Assembly: GCF_020745735.1 (NCBI RefSeq)
Contig: NC_083446.1
Coordinates: 5,518,001-5,582,000 of the forward strand
Direction of reading: 5' to 3'
Length of the DNA: 64,000 nt
Source of the DNA: Hemiscyllium ocellatum
Lineage: Eukaryota
Positions within the stretch are counted from its first letter, which is position 1. Every line of letters begins with the position of its first letter. Under the pieces are notes generated by a model. It did no database searches. It was not told the DNA's origin and saw nothing but the letters and a program-made list of their open reading frames with translations. The position numbers and the translations under genes were made by a program. Of the stretch, positions 48,401 through 60,490 are shown in pieces.

Positions 48401-51058
48401 CTGCACCTCCCCTCCCCTTCCCCCCCCAACTCTGCACCTCCCCTCCCCTCCCAACTCTGCACCTCCCCTCCCCCCCCAGTCTGCACCCTCCCCTCCCCTC
48501 CCAGTCTGCACCCTCCCCTCCCCTCCCCACCCCAAGTCTGCACCTCCCCTCCCCTTCCCCCCCCAACTCTGCACCTCCCCTTCCCCCCCCAACTCTGCAC
48601 CTCCCCTTCCCCTCCCCAGTCTGCACCCTCCCCTCAGTCTGCACCACCCCCTCCCCTCCCCTCCCCCTCAGTCTGCACCACCCCCTCCCCTCCCCTCCCC
48701 CCCAGTCTGCACCATCCCCTTCCCCCCACCCNNNNNNNNNNNNNNNNNNNNNNNNNNNNNNNNNNNNNNNNNNNNNNNNNNNNNNNNNNNNNNNNNNNNN
48801 NNNNNNNNNNNNNNNNNNNNNNNNNNNNNNNNNNNNNNNNNNNNNNNNNNNNNNNNNNNNNNNNNNNNNNNNNNNNNNNNNNNNNCCCCCCCACCCCCAG
48901 TCTGCACCTCCCCTCCCCCCCACCCCAGTCTGCACCTCCCCTCCCCTTCCCCCCACCCCCAGTCTGCACCTCCCCTCCCCTTCCCCCCACCCCCAGTCTG
49001 CACCTCCCCTCCCCTTCCCCCCACCCCCAGTCTGCACCTCCCCTCCCCTCTCCCCTCCCAGTCTGCACCTCCCCTCCCCTTCCCCCCACCCCCAGTCTGC
49101 ACCTCCCCTCCCCTCCCCTCGTCTGCACCAACATCCCCCAGTCTGCACCACCCCCTCCCCTCCCCCAGTCTGCACCAACAACCCGTCTGCACCACCCCCT
49201 CCCCTCCCCTCGTCTGCACCAACATCCCCCAGTCTGCACCACCCCCTCCCCTCCCCCAGTCTGCACCACCCCCTCCCCTCCCCCCCCCAGTCTGCACCAC
49301 CACCTCCCCTCACCCCCCCAGTCTGCACCAACATCCCCCAGTCTGCACCACCCCCTCCCCTAGTCTGCACCAACAACCTCCAGTCTGCACCACCCCCTCC
49401 CCTCCCCTAGTCTGCACCTCCCCTCCCCTCGTCTGCACCTCCCCTCCCCCAGTCTGCACCAGCCCCTCCCCTTCCCCCCATCTGCACCACCCCCTCTCCG
49501 TGCCACCCCCCCAGTCTGCACCACCCCCTCCCCTCCACCCCCCAGTCTGCACCACCCCCTCCCCTGCCCCAGTCTGCACCTCCCCTCCCCTCCCCTTCCC
49601 CCCCCACAGTCTGCACCTCCCCTCCCCTTCCCCCTCCCCAGTCTGCACCACCCCCTCCCCTTCCCCCCCAGTCTGCACCCTCCCCTCCCCTCAGTCTGCA
49701 CCATCCCCTCCCCAGTCTGCACCTCCCCTCCCCCCCTCAGTCTGCACCCTCCCCTTCCCCCCCCCAGTCTGCACCTCCCCTCCCCTCCCCCCAGTCTGCA
49801 CCTCCCCTCCCCTCCCCCCAGTCTGCACCACCCCCCCCCCCCCCAGTCTGCACCACCCCCTCCCCCCAGTCTGCACCTCCCCTTCCCCCCAGTCTGCACC
49901 TCCCCTCCCCTCCCCCCCCCCAAGTCTGCACCTCCCCTCCCCTCCCCAACTCTGCACCTCCCCTCCCCTTCCCCTCCCCAGTCTGCACCCTCCCCTCAGT
50001 CTGCACCACCCCCTCCCCTCCCCCCCAGTCTGCACCTCCCCTCAGTCTGCACCACCCCCTCCCCTCCCCTCAGTCTGCACCACCCCCTCCCCTCCCCCCC
50101 AAGTCTGCACCTCCCCTCCCCTCCCCCCAGTCTGCACCTCCCCTCCCCTCCCCCCCCCCAAGTCTGCACCTCCCCTCCCCTCCCCAACTCTGCACCTCCC
50201 CTCCCCTTCCCCTCCCCAGTCTGCACCCTCCCCTCAGTCTGCACCACCCCCTCCCCTCCCCCCCAGTCTGCACCTCCCCTCCCCTCCCCTCAGTCTGCAC
50301 CACCCCCTCCCCTCCCCTCAGTCTGCACCACCCCCTCCCCTCCCCCCCAAGTCTGCACCTCCCCTCCCCTCCCCTCAGTCTGCACCTCCCCCTCCCCTCC
50401 CCCCCAAGTCTGCACCTCCCCTCCCCTCCCCCCCAGTCTGCACCTCCCCTCCCCTCCCCCCCAGTCTGCACCTCCCCTCCCCTTCCCCCCCAAGTCTGCA
50501 CCTCCCCTCCCCTTCCCCCCCCAGTCTGCACCTCCCCTCCCCCCTCCCCCCCCCCCCAGTCTGCACCCTCCCCTCCCCCCCCCTTCCCCCCCAGTCTGCA
50601 CCTCCCCTTCCCCTCCCCTTCCCCCCCAACTCTGCACCTCCCCTCCCCTTCCCCCCCCAACTCTGCACCTCCCCTCCCCTCCCCCCCCCAACTCTGCACC
50701 TCCCCTCCCCTCCCAACTCTGCACCTCCCCTCCCCTCCCAGTCTGCACCCTCCCCTCCCCTTCCCCCCCCAACTCTGCACCTCCCCTTCCCCCCCCAGTC
50801 TGCACCTCCCCTCCCCTTCCCCTCCCCAGTCTGCACCTCCCCTCCCCTTCCCCTCCCCAGTCTGCACCCTCCCCTCAGTCTGCACCACCCCCTCCCCTCC
50901 CCTCTCCCCCAGTCTGCACCTCCCCTCCCCTCCCCTCCCCCCCAGTCTGCACCTTCCCCCCACCCCCAGTCTGCACCTCCCCTCCCCTCCCCCCCAGTCT
51001 GCACCCTCCCCTCCCCTCCCCTCCCCCCCAGTCTGCACCCTCCCCTCCCCTCCCCCAC
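45490..51058. repeat. C-rich (+) / G-rich (-) tandem array, unit about 20-35 bp around CAGTCTGCACC(TCCCC)n, filling cystatin intron 1
   Basis: Directly visible; interrupted by an N-gap at 48732-48885. Confidence 0.95.
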
Positions 51059-51268
51059 CTGAGATTTGACCGAGATGACGTGGGCGATCTTGCTCAGGTG
51101 GATGGCGTTGCTCCCGCGGTTATAACTCTCGATGGCGAAGCGGGCCGCCTCCTGCGCCTCCGCCGAGTGGATGTCCATATGGGAGAGTCCGCCGGGCATG
51201 GGGCTGCCCAGGCCGGAGAACAGCAGCAGCACCAACACGGGGGCAAACAACATCCCAGCCGCCGCCAT
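51059..51268 (-). CDS. CST6: Cystatin (E/M-like) exon 1: signal peptide plus N-terminal half (MAAAGMLFAPVLVLLLFSGLGSPMPGGLSHMDIHSAEAQEAARFAIESYNRGSNAIHLSKIAHVISVKSQ); protein 137 aa
   Basis: Hydrophobic signal peptide, conserved PGG glycine, SYNxGSN loop; CAG|gtgggg donor. Cystatin family call is firm; the CST6 label rests on motif similarity plus adjacency to BANF1. Confidence 0.88.
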
Positions 51269-51440
51269 CTTCACTACGCACTTAGAATTAACACTTCCGC
51301 CCCGCAGTGACGCCTTTCCGGACGACAACCGACACCGTGCTTAGTCGTCACGTCCGCCCCGCAACATTTGCCTTGCGCGGAGGTCCGCCGCCGCCCCGAA
51401 CTTACGTCACTTCCGCCCTGAACAACGCCCGTTAGGTTCC
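51269..51440 (-). promoter_or_regulatory. Small CpG-rich cystatin promoter/5' UTR
   Basis: Dense CpG; ETS-CRE composite CGGAAGTGACGTAA (51402-51415, -); GC boxes; YY1-type AAGATGGCGGC overlapping the ATG. Confidence 0.6.
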
Positions 51441-51454
51441 TCCCCCCTCACTCT

Positions 51455-53530
51455 CCCAGCACGGGGTTAGATACAGAGTAAAGCTCCCTCTACACTGTCC
51501 CCCCCCATCAAACACTCCCCAGGGCAGGGATAGCACAGGGTTAGATACAGAGTAAAGCTCCCTCTACACTGTCCCCCCCCATCAAACACTCCCCAGGGCA
51601 GGGATAGCACAGGGTTAGATACAGAGTAAAGCTCCCTCTACACTGTCCCCCCATCAAACACTCGCCAGGGCAGGGATAGCACAGGGTTAGATACAGAGTA
51701 AAGCTCCCTCTACACTGTCCCCCCCCCATCAAACACTCCCCAGGGCAGGGATAGCACAGGGTTAGATACAGAGTAAAGCTCCCTCTACACTGTCCCCCCC
51801 ATCAAACACTCCCCAGGACAGGGACAGCACAGGGTTAGATACAGAGTAAAGCTCCCTCTACACTGTCCCCCCATCAAACACTCCCCAGGACAGGGACAGC
51901 ACGGGGTTAGATACAGAGTAAAGCTCCCTCTACACTGTCCCCCCCCCCCCCATCAAACACTCCCCAGGACAGGGACAGCACGGGGTTAGATACAGAGTAA
52001 AGCTCCCTCTACACTGTCCCCCCCCCCCATCAAACACTCCCCAGGACAAGGGACAGCACGGGGTTAGATACAGAGTAAAGCTCCCTCTACACTGTCTCTC
52101 CCCCCCCCCCCATCAAACACTCCCCAGGACAGGGACAGCACAGGGTTAGATACAGAGTAAAGTTCCCTCTACACTGTCCCCCCCCCCATCAAACACTCCC
52201 CAGGACAGGGACAGCACGGGGTTAGATACAGAGTAAAGCTCCCTCCACACTGTCTCTCCCCCCCCCCCCCATCAAACACTCCCCAGGACAGGGACAGCAC
52301 AGGGTTAGATACAGAGTAAAGTTCCCTCTACACTGTCCCCCCCCCATCAAACACTCCCCAGGACAGGGACAGCACGGGGTTAGATGCAGAGTAAAGCTCC
52401 CTCCACACTGTCTCTCCCCCCCCCCCCCCATCAAACACTCCCCAGGACAGGGACAGCACGGGGTTAGATACAGAGTAAAGCTCCCTCTACACTGTCTCTC
52501 CCCCCCCCCCCCCCCCCCCATCAAACACTCCCCAGGACAGGGACAGCACGGGGTTAGATACAGAGTAAAGCTCCCTCTACACTGTCTCTCCCCCCCCCCC
52601 CCCCCCATCAAACACTCGCCAGGACAGGGACAGCACGGGCTTAGATACAGAGTAAAGCTCCCTCTACACTCTTTCCCCCCCCTCCATCAAACACTCCCCA
52701 GGACAGGGACAGCACGGGGTTAGATAGAGTAAAGCTCCCTCTACACTGTCCCCCCCCCCCCCCCCCATCAAACACTCCCCAGGACAGGGACAGCACGGGG
52801 TTAGATACAGAGTAAAGCTCCCTCTACACTGTCGTTTCCCCCCCCCCCCCCCAATCAAACACTCCCCAGGACAGGGACAGCACGGGGTTAGATACAGAGT
52901 AAAGCTCCCTCTACACTGTTTCCCCCCCCCCCCCCCATCAAACACTCCCCAGGACAGGGACAGCACAGGGTTAGATACAGAGTAAAGCTCCCTCTACATT
53001 GTCCCCCATCAAACACTCCCAGGACAGGGACAGCACGGGGTTAGATACAGAGTAAAGCTCCCTCTACACTGTCCCCCATCAAACACTCCCAGGACAGGGA
53101 CAGCACGGGGTTAGATACAGAGTAAAGCTCCCTCAACACTGTCCCCCCATCAAACACTCCCCAGGACAGGGACAGCACGGGGTTAGATACAGAGTAAAGC
53201 TCCCTCTACACTGTCCCCCATCAAACACTCCCAGGACAGGGACAGCACGGGGTTAGATACAGAGTAAAGCTCCCTCAACACTGTCCCCCCATCAAACACT
53301 CCCCAGGACAGGGACAGCACGGGCTTAGATACAGAGTAAAGCTCCCTCTACACTCTTTCCCCCCCCCCCCCCCCCATCAAACACTCCCAGGACAGGGACA
53401 GCATGGGGTTAGATACAGAGTAAAGCTCCCTCAACACTCTTTCTCTCCCCCCCCAAATCAAACACTCCCCGGACAGGGACAGATACACAGTAAAGCCTCC
53501 TCTACACTGTCTCCTCCATCAAACACTGCC
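51455..53530. repeat. 70-80-bp minisatellite with a variable poly-C tract, about 28 units
   Basis: Same family as 18890-19476; period 70 bp at 53041 and 53111. Confidence 0.95.
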
Positions 53531-53534
53531 AGAT

Positions 53535-56500
53535 GGGAGTATTCCTTTCTATAGTTGAAAGGCCAGTGGGAAATCAGGCTACTGCGTTGTTCCAGGAAGT
53601 ATATCCTGGGATTTTTACTGATTCTGTGATAACAAAGTCAAAAACTCACAGGTCGAAGCAGGAGGAGAAGTCAAAGAATAAAGAGAAGGAAATTGAAGTT
53701 CCTTTGTCAGAGACTGATCAAAAGTTCAAGTAAAAATAACAGTTGGAGTACCACGTGGACGTTTTTAGTTAAGAAAAAAAAACGACAACAGAAAAGTGAA
53801 AAACCCTAAACAAAATCAGAAGTTGCTGGAAAAGCTCAGCAGATCTAGCAGCATCTGTGAAGAGAAAACAAAGTTAATGTTTTGGGGTCCGATGACCCTT
53901 CCTCACAACCGAAGTAGTTGTATCAAGAAGCGTACACAGAAGAAGAATGGGGGTGTTACTATCTTAAAAAAGACACCTTGAAGAGGAAAGAGAGACCACC
54001 ACATATTCAGGCAGATGAGAAAGGGGCAGACGTTCACCACGTTGTATTACCAGTGGGCTGTAGAAAGGAGCTGTTGCAGGTAGCATAGGAGTTACCAGTG
54101 GGAGTTCATTTTGGTGCAAGAGAAACTCAAGCCAAGCTCAAAAACATTTTTATTGGCCTGGACTGCATAAGGATGTACCATATGCATATACCAACTTTAC
54201 CACACATACCACTGTGTGTCAGGTAACTAGAGACAACTTCATTAGAGGCAAATAAAAAACTGCAGAGCTCAAATCCAAAGTAGACAGCAGGAGGCCGGAA
54301 GAACACAGCAAGGCCAGGCAGCATCAGGAGGTGGAACAGTCAATGTTTCGGGTAAAACCCTTCTTCGGGGGGGGGTGGGAGAGGGTGGAGGAGGGGAGGA
54401 GGAGGGAAGGGGAGAGGGGGTGTAGGAGGAGCTTCCGATAAAGGGTCTGGTGTGGGCAGGGTGGTGAAGTGGGGATAGGTGAAGACAGGCAGAGGGTTAG
54501 TCAATGGGAGAAATAAATCCGCTAGGTGGCTGGGGATTGAAGGGAGGTTATTTGAAATTGGAGAACTCAATGATGAATCCTCCAGGCTGTAAACTGCCCA
54601 GGTAGAACAGGAGGTATTGTTGGCTGCAATAAAACCAGCACTTTTAATAGCCATTACTCCATTTGAGTCTTAATTGATTGTGTAGGATCCCTACCTAAAA
54701 CAGAAAAGTGGGAATCAGTATTCATTGACCATAATGGATGTGTCTACTAGACTTTCCAAGGACATTCTATTATGCAGTGTCACAGCTAAAAGGATTGTAG
54801 AAGACTTAGTCTTTAATGAGATATGGACTACCCACAAAAATACAAATCCGATCAAGAGTCAAATTTTACATCAAAGCTATTTAAGTGGTTCTGGATAGTT
54901 TACAAATAAAACAATTCAAATCCACTGCATACCACCCAGAATCATAGGGAGAGTTAGAATAGTGCCATCAAACTTTAAATACCATACTGAGGGCTTCTAG
55001 TCAAGACTATCTGGAGGATTGGGATAAAGGAATTCCATTTGGACTTTTTGCAATTAGGAATGCACCAAATTAATCTATCAAATTCAGTCCATTTAAAAGA
55101 GGTTTTGGACAAAGACCACTGAAATTAATTAAGGAGAAATTGGCGAGTCAGAGACCAAATAGTTGCCAGATGTGTCAAATTTTAGGGAAAGATAGAGCAT
55201 AGGAGTTGGCCAGACACCATTTGAAAGTCGCACAGTATGTGATGAAACAGGGAATAGACAAGAAATCAAAAATCTGCAATTTTGCTTGTGGAACTAGTGT
55301 TAGTGATATTTCCAAAAGCAAGGTTTATTGGACCTTATCAAATTGAAAGGAGACTGAGTGAGGAGAATTATTTGATAAGAACACAGATAGGAAGAAATTT
55401 CACAGTCATAGAGATGTACACAGCACGGAAACAGACACTTCAGTCCTACCTGTCCATGCCGACCAGATCTAGTCCCACCTGCTAACACCTGGCCCATATC
55501 CCTCCAAACCCTTCCTATTCACACACCTATCCAAATGCCTTTTAAATGTTGCAATTGTACCAGCCTCCACCACTTCCCCAGACAGCTCATTCCATATACG
55601 TACCACCCTATGTGTGGAAAAAGTTGCCCCTTAGGTCCCTTTCATATTTTTCCCCTCTCACCCTAAACCTATGCCTTCCAGTTCTGGACTCCCCGACCCC
55701 AGGGAAGAGACTTTGCCTATTTATATTATCCACGTCCCTCATGATTTTATAAACCTCTATAAGGTGACCCTTCAACCTCCGATACTCCAGGGAAAACAGC
55801 CCCAGCCTATTCAATCTGTGGTATGGCTCAAATTCTCCAACCCTGGCAACACCCTTGTAAATCTTTTCGGAACTCTTTCCAATTTCACAACATCTTTCTG
55901 ATAGGAAGAGGACCAGAATTGCATGCATTATTCCAACAGTGGCCTAATCAATGTCTTATACAGTCACAACATGACCTCCCAACTCCTGTACTCAATATTC
56001 TGACCAATAAAGGAAAGCATATCAAACCCCTCCTTCACTATCCTATCTACCTGCGACTCCACTTTCAATGAGTAATGAACCTGCACTCCAAGGTCTCTTT
56101 GTTCAGCAACACTTCCTAAGAACTTACCATTAAGTATTTAAGTCCTGCTAAGATTTGCTTTCCCAAAATGCAGCTCCTCGCATTTATTTTGGTAGAGAAG
56201 GAAAGCAAATGGAGAATGTGTTCCTGGTTACAACACAGTGTGAAGAACCAAGTTCAGAGGATTCTAAATTGGACATTCCTCAAATTAAATCTGATCATGA
56301 GGAAGTTCTCAAAATTGGGATAAACTGTTGCATTTCCTTCCAGATGAGAGTCGAAATGAGCTGAAAGAGTAATGGCAATCATATGGAGAGATATGTGAGA
56401 ATAAGGTGGCAAGTCCTAATCTAATTACACATGGCATATATGTAGGAAATGCTGTTCCAATTAAGCAACATCCTTATAGACGTAACCCTCTAAAGTTGGC

Positions 56501-57928
56501 ACAGGTTCGAAAGAAGCTTGAACGTGTGTTCAAAGACAACAAAATCGAAGTACAGCAAACGGAGCCCACCCACTGTAACTATTCCAAACATCAGATGGTC
56601 CCCAATAATTATGTGAGACCTATCGTAAAGTCAATCCAGTTACAAAGCTCGATTCATATCTGATTCCAGGTCTGGGAAACTGTATTAAGACGACAGGATT
56701 AGCAACTTCTATTTCTGAGTTGGTCTTAATTAGAAGACACTGATAGGCAACTTCATCTGAAAGAGCAAAGACAATTTTGATTTTTGAGACACTGATTTAG
56801 AGTCATGCCATTTGGTATGAAAAATGCACCAGGTCCATTTCAAAGACTAACCAACAGAGTTGTTACCGGATTACCTAACCATGTGGTGTACATCCCTGAC
56901 CTGGTGATCTTTAGTTACACGTGGAAGGAACGTTTGTAACATCTACTGGAAAATGTTCTACCAATTGCAGGGAAGAGGCTTGATGATAAACCTGGCTAAG
57001 AGTGAGTTTGCAAAAGCCCAAGTCATGTTCCTAGGCCAGGTCATTGGACATGGACAGATGGCCGCGAGCGATGTGAAAACAAAGCTAACTGGGGAGTTTC
57101 CCATACCATCAACAAACAATGAGTGCTTTTATTGCAAGTTTGTACTGAATTCTAGCTGGGTGGTTGCTCCACTGACTGATTCTTTGAAGTGCAGAAAATT
57201 TCAGTGGACGGAGATCAGAAGGTATTTGACTGAAAGCTGTTGACCACTGGCTCACCGAAGTACACAAAGCTATTCAAGGTGGCTATCAATGTGGGTGTTG
57301 GACGACCAGGAGAAAATAGAAAGGCCTATTGGGTATTTTTCTAGAAAATTGAATATTCATCAACAGAAACATGCCACGGTCGAGGAGGAGGGTGGTGTTA
57401 CATTTCAAAACTTGTATTGCCAGCAATGTGTCTGAAACAAATTGTACAGACTGATCATAACCCTTGGAGAAATGTAAGGACAAAAATTCCAGACTGTTCA
57501 GATGGAGTTTATTACAGCAGCCATTCAATTTGAAAATTACACGTGGCAGGACAAAAGGACGTAATTTTCAATGCATTGCCGTGACTCTGAAGAAAAAAGG
57601 TGGAAGCATTCAGTGGCAGGAGTAAACAGACTTCAGGAGTAAATGTTTGCATGCTTAGAGTCAATGTAATGTATATGTATTTAGTTCAGATAGAGTAAGA
57701 GTAAGGGTTTGTAAAAATTAAGCCATCTTTGAAGATTGATGGCTCTTTTTTTAAAGGGGAGAAGTGGATTTTGGCCTGGTTTCGTTTACAGAGAGATTGG
57801 GGCACAGGTTCTGAGCAGTTTATGAGAAGATAAACAACTCGCGAAGCTGTGTGTGTTTTTTTTTAAAAGACAGAATTAGAACAATACAAGCAGCCTGACC
57901 GCGTGTGATCAAGCTCCCACAGAACCAG
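53535..57928 (+). mobile_element. Degenerate Gypsy LTR retrotransposon, Gmr1-type (INT-RT-RNaseH), with nested Penelope (about 53800-53910, 54270-54610) and CR1 (about 55400-56185) pieces
   Basis: Integrase core (LTIMDVSTR, AYHPES) at about 54.7-55.1 kb; RT (IKQHPYR, VMPFGMKNAPGPFQRL, YIPDLVIFS) at about 56.4-57.2 kb; RNase H (RPIGYFSRKL, TDHNPL, RLFRWSL) at about 57.3-57.6 kb; purine tract aaaggggagaag at about 57754. Confidence 0.8.
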
Positions 57929-57929
57929 A

Positions 57930-58240
57930 GATTTGGTCAAATGGATGATGTCGTTCCATCAGTTAAACTCACCGACTGCCTGCTCCTTGGAGTTGACATC
58001 CACCAACTCGAAGCCGTGCAGGAATGGCGCTGGCCATCCAGAGGAGAGGCATGGAGATGGTGATGCTGCCGAGCACCATCCTGGACCTGAGGCTCCTCCT
58101 CCCTGCCGCCATCTTCACCCCACACGTCCACCTTGCCGGAGCGTCACATCCGCCCGGTCACCTGATAGGACTTCCGCCCCGCAGAACGCTGCCCCCACCT
58201 TTGCGAGGGGACACGCAGCCCGAAAACCGACACATTCCAA
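57930..58240 (-). pseudogene. Degenerate duplicate of cystatin exon 1 plus promoter (MAAGRRS...MASAIPA/fs/GFELVDVNSKEQAVGEFN*WNDIIHLTK)
   Basis: ATG at 58112 in the same gtgaagATGGCGGC context as the intact gene; shared promoter blocks; frameshift, in-frame TGA, and truncation at the Gypsy boundary. Confidence 0.7.
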
Positions 58241-59693
58241 ACATCTCTCTCAGGCAAATGCACGCCACGGACACATCGGCCCAAATGGTTTTTTTTCCTC
58301 TAATGCCTTTTCTTTCTCTTGTTCAACTGCGGGACGTTCCAGGAGTGAACAGGAAAGGGTTTGGAGGGATATGGGCCTGGAGCAGGCAGGTGGGTCTAGT
58401 TTAGTTTGGGATTATGGTCAGCATGGAACGGTTGGGCCGAAGGCTGTGCGTCTGTACTCTGTGACGGCTTCCTGCTGTGTGGTACAATGCTGATAGGATG
58501 AACTACATCTCTCGTTTAACCGTGACTGTGGGATCCATGTTGGACATGGGGTGGACAGGTGGTGTGCAGCTGAACCTGAATCAACCTATCGTATAGCTGC
58601 AGCTAATTCATCCCCCACTCCCAATGTAAATCAGGAATTTACGCATGCTGCACTTTTGGAATACTGCGTTCAATTCTGGCCTTCCTGCTACAGGGAAGGA
58701 TGCTGGGAAACTTGAAAGGGTTCAGAAGAGATTTACAAGAATGTTGGCAGGGTTGGAGGTTTTGAGCTACACGGAGAGGCGGGACAGGTTGGGGCTGTTC
58801 TCCCTGGAGTGTCGGAGGCTGAGGGGTGACCTTGTAGAGGTTTATAAAATGAGGGGCATGGATAGGATGAATAGCCAAGGTCCTTTCTCGAAGGGAGATG
58901 AACGCAGAGCTGGAGGGCATCGGTTCAAAGGTGAGGAAGGCTTAAAGGAGACCTAAGGGGCAACTTTTTCACGCAGAGGGTGGTGTATGCTGGGAATGAG
59001 CCACCAGAGGAAGTGGTGGAGGCTGGTACAATGACAACATTTAAAAGGCATCTGGATGGGGACATGAATGGGAGGGGTTTAGAGGGATGTGGGCCAAGTG
59101 CTGGCAAACGGGACTCGATTAACTTAGGATATCTGGTCGGTATAGACAAGTTGGCCTAAAGAGTCTGTTTCTCTGCGGAATAGCTTCGCTACTGCATACA
59201 ATAACAAATGTGTAGAAATATCCTGTCCTTGAGGACAGCAGATCGGTGGACTGCCTTACTGCACTGAGCTGCCGAAGTGGGGCATTGTGTATATTGAAGG
59301 TTGAGACAGACGTTTGTAATCAGTGTGGAAATCAAGTATAATGGGAAAAAGACAGGAAAGTGCAGTTAAGGATTATCAGATCCACTGTGATCTCTTTCAA
59401 CGTTGGGGGTCGGACTCTACGGGCCAAATGGCCTATAAAAGCTCATCCTTCTTTTGGTCTCAAAGCTTGGCATTTAACTGTCAGTCGTCACTTAACTGGT
59501 GCGTGCCCTCTGGTAACCAAAGTCCACTCGCCGACCGATCGTCTTGCGCGCTTGATAAAATGTCGCCACGAGAATTGTCCGGGCCAGTGTGCGAGGTGAG
59601 AGATGGGTGCCTTTGCCTGGCAACACTCAAGCCATCCCAACGCAGGAACGGCCCGGAGACTAAAGGAACTCCCCACGTCTCCTTCAAAATGCC

Positions 59694-59699
59694 TTTATT
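59694..59699 (-). terminator. Polyadenylation signal of DRAP1
   Basis: tttatt on + at the end of a U-rich (sense) 3' UTR. Confidence 0.55.
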
Positions 59700-60490
59700 T
59701 ATAGCCAGATGGACAATTTCAGCCACCACCACCCCCGCGCACATTCACCCCACCTCCCTCTCAAAAAAAAAACAACACCAAAGCATCTCGCTGACTGCAA
59801 CAGCAGAGGGGAGCCACAACAGAAAAACCAAGGAACGGACATACGGAACAGCCACAGATTAGGATTCGCACGGATTTCAACAACGCAGCACTAGCGAATG
59901 TTGGCGGGAAACCCAAAAAGTCTGGTCAGATGAGAGCATGGATCGGCCCTCTTTCTTTTTTCCCCCAAAAAAAAAGCCTTTTCTTTCTCCCAATTTTTTA
60001 CTTCACGTTTTACTAAAATTAAACGCAAAAATAATGCCAAAACACTCTTCCAGCTCTTTCCATCTGCTCCATCCAATTTCTTTTTAAATTTGAAGGTCAG
60101 GACCGCAGAGAACTGGGAGGTTTTTAAATTTTGGGGAGGGGGAAAACGAGGGCGAGGTGGTGGGGCACATACTCCACGCACACGAGAGACAAAGCGAGGG
60201 GGGATAAAACGATTTCAGAACTGCGACCTGGGCGCAGTAAAAAAAAACGAGACGAGAGAAAAAGGGGAAAAAAAAACGAAACTCCTGGATGACTGTAACC
60301 CCCCTCAAAGCCAACCTACCATCCCCACGATACTCTGCCCCCCGGATATGAAAAAATAAATCTTGAAAGTAAACGACACACGCACGCGCACACACATATA
60401 CACAGACACACGCGCCCACAAACTGAATAAACCCCCCCCCCCCCCCAATTTCTATCCTCTTCTACCATCAGCTGGTAGCGAGACGCGAAG

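Noticed and set aside
45390-51062. 1890-aa proline-rich extensin-like ORF and the many Gly/Arg-rich antisense ORFs
   Set aside because: By-product of a C-rich tandem repeat that lacks stop codons; it spans an N-gap, starts at a non-ATG codon and lies within cystatin intron 1.
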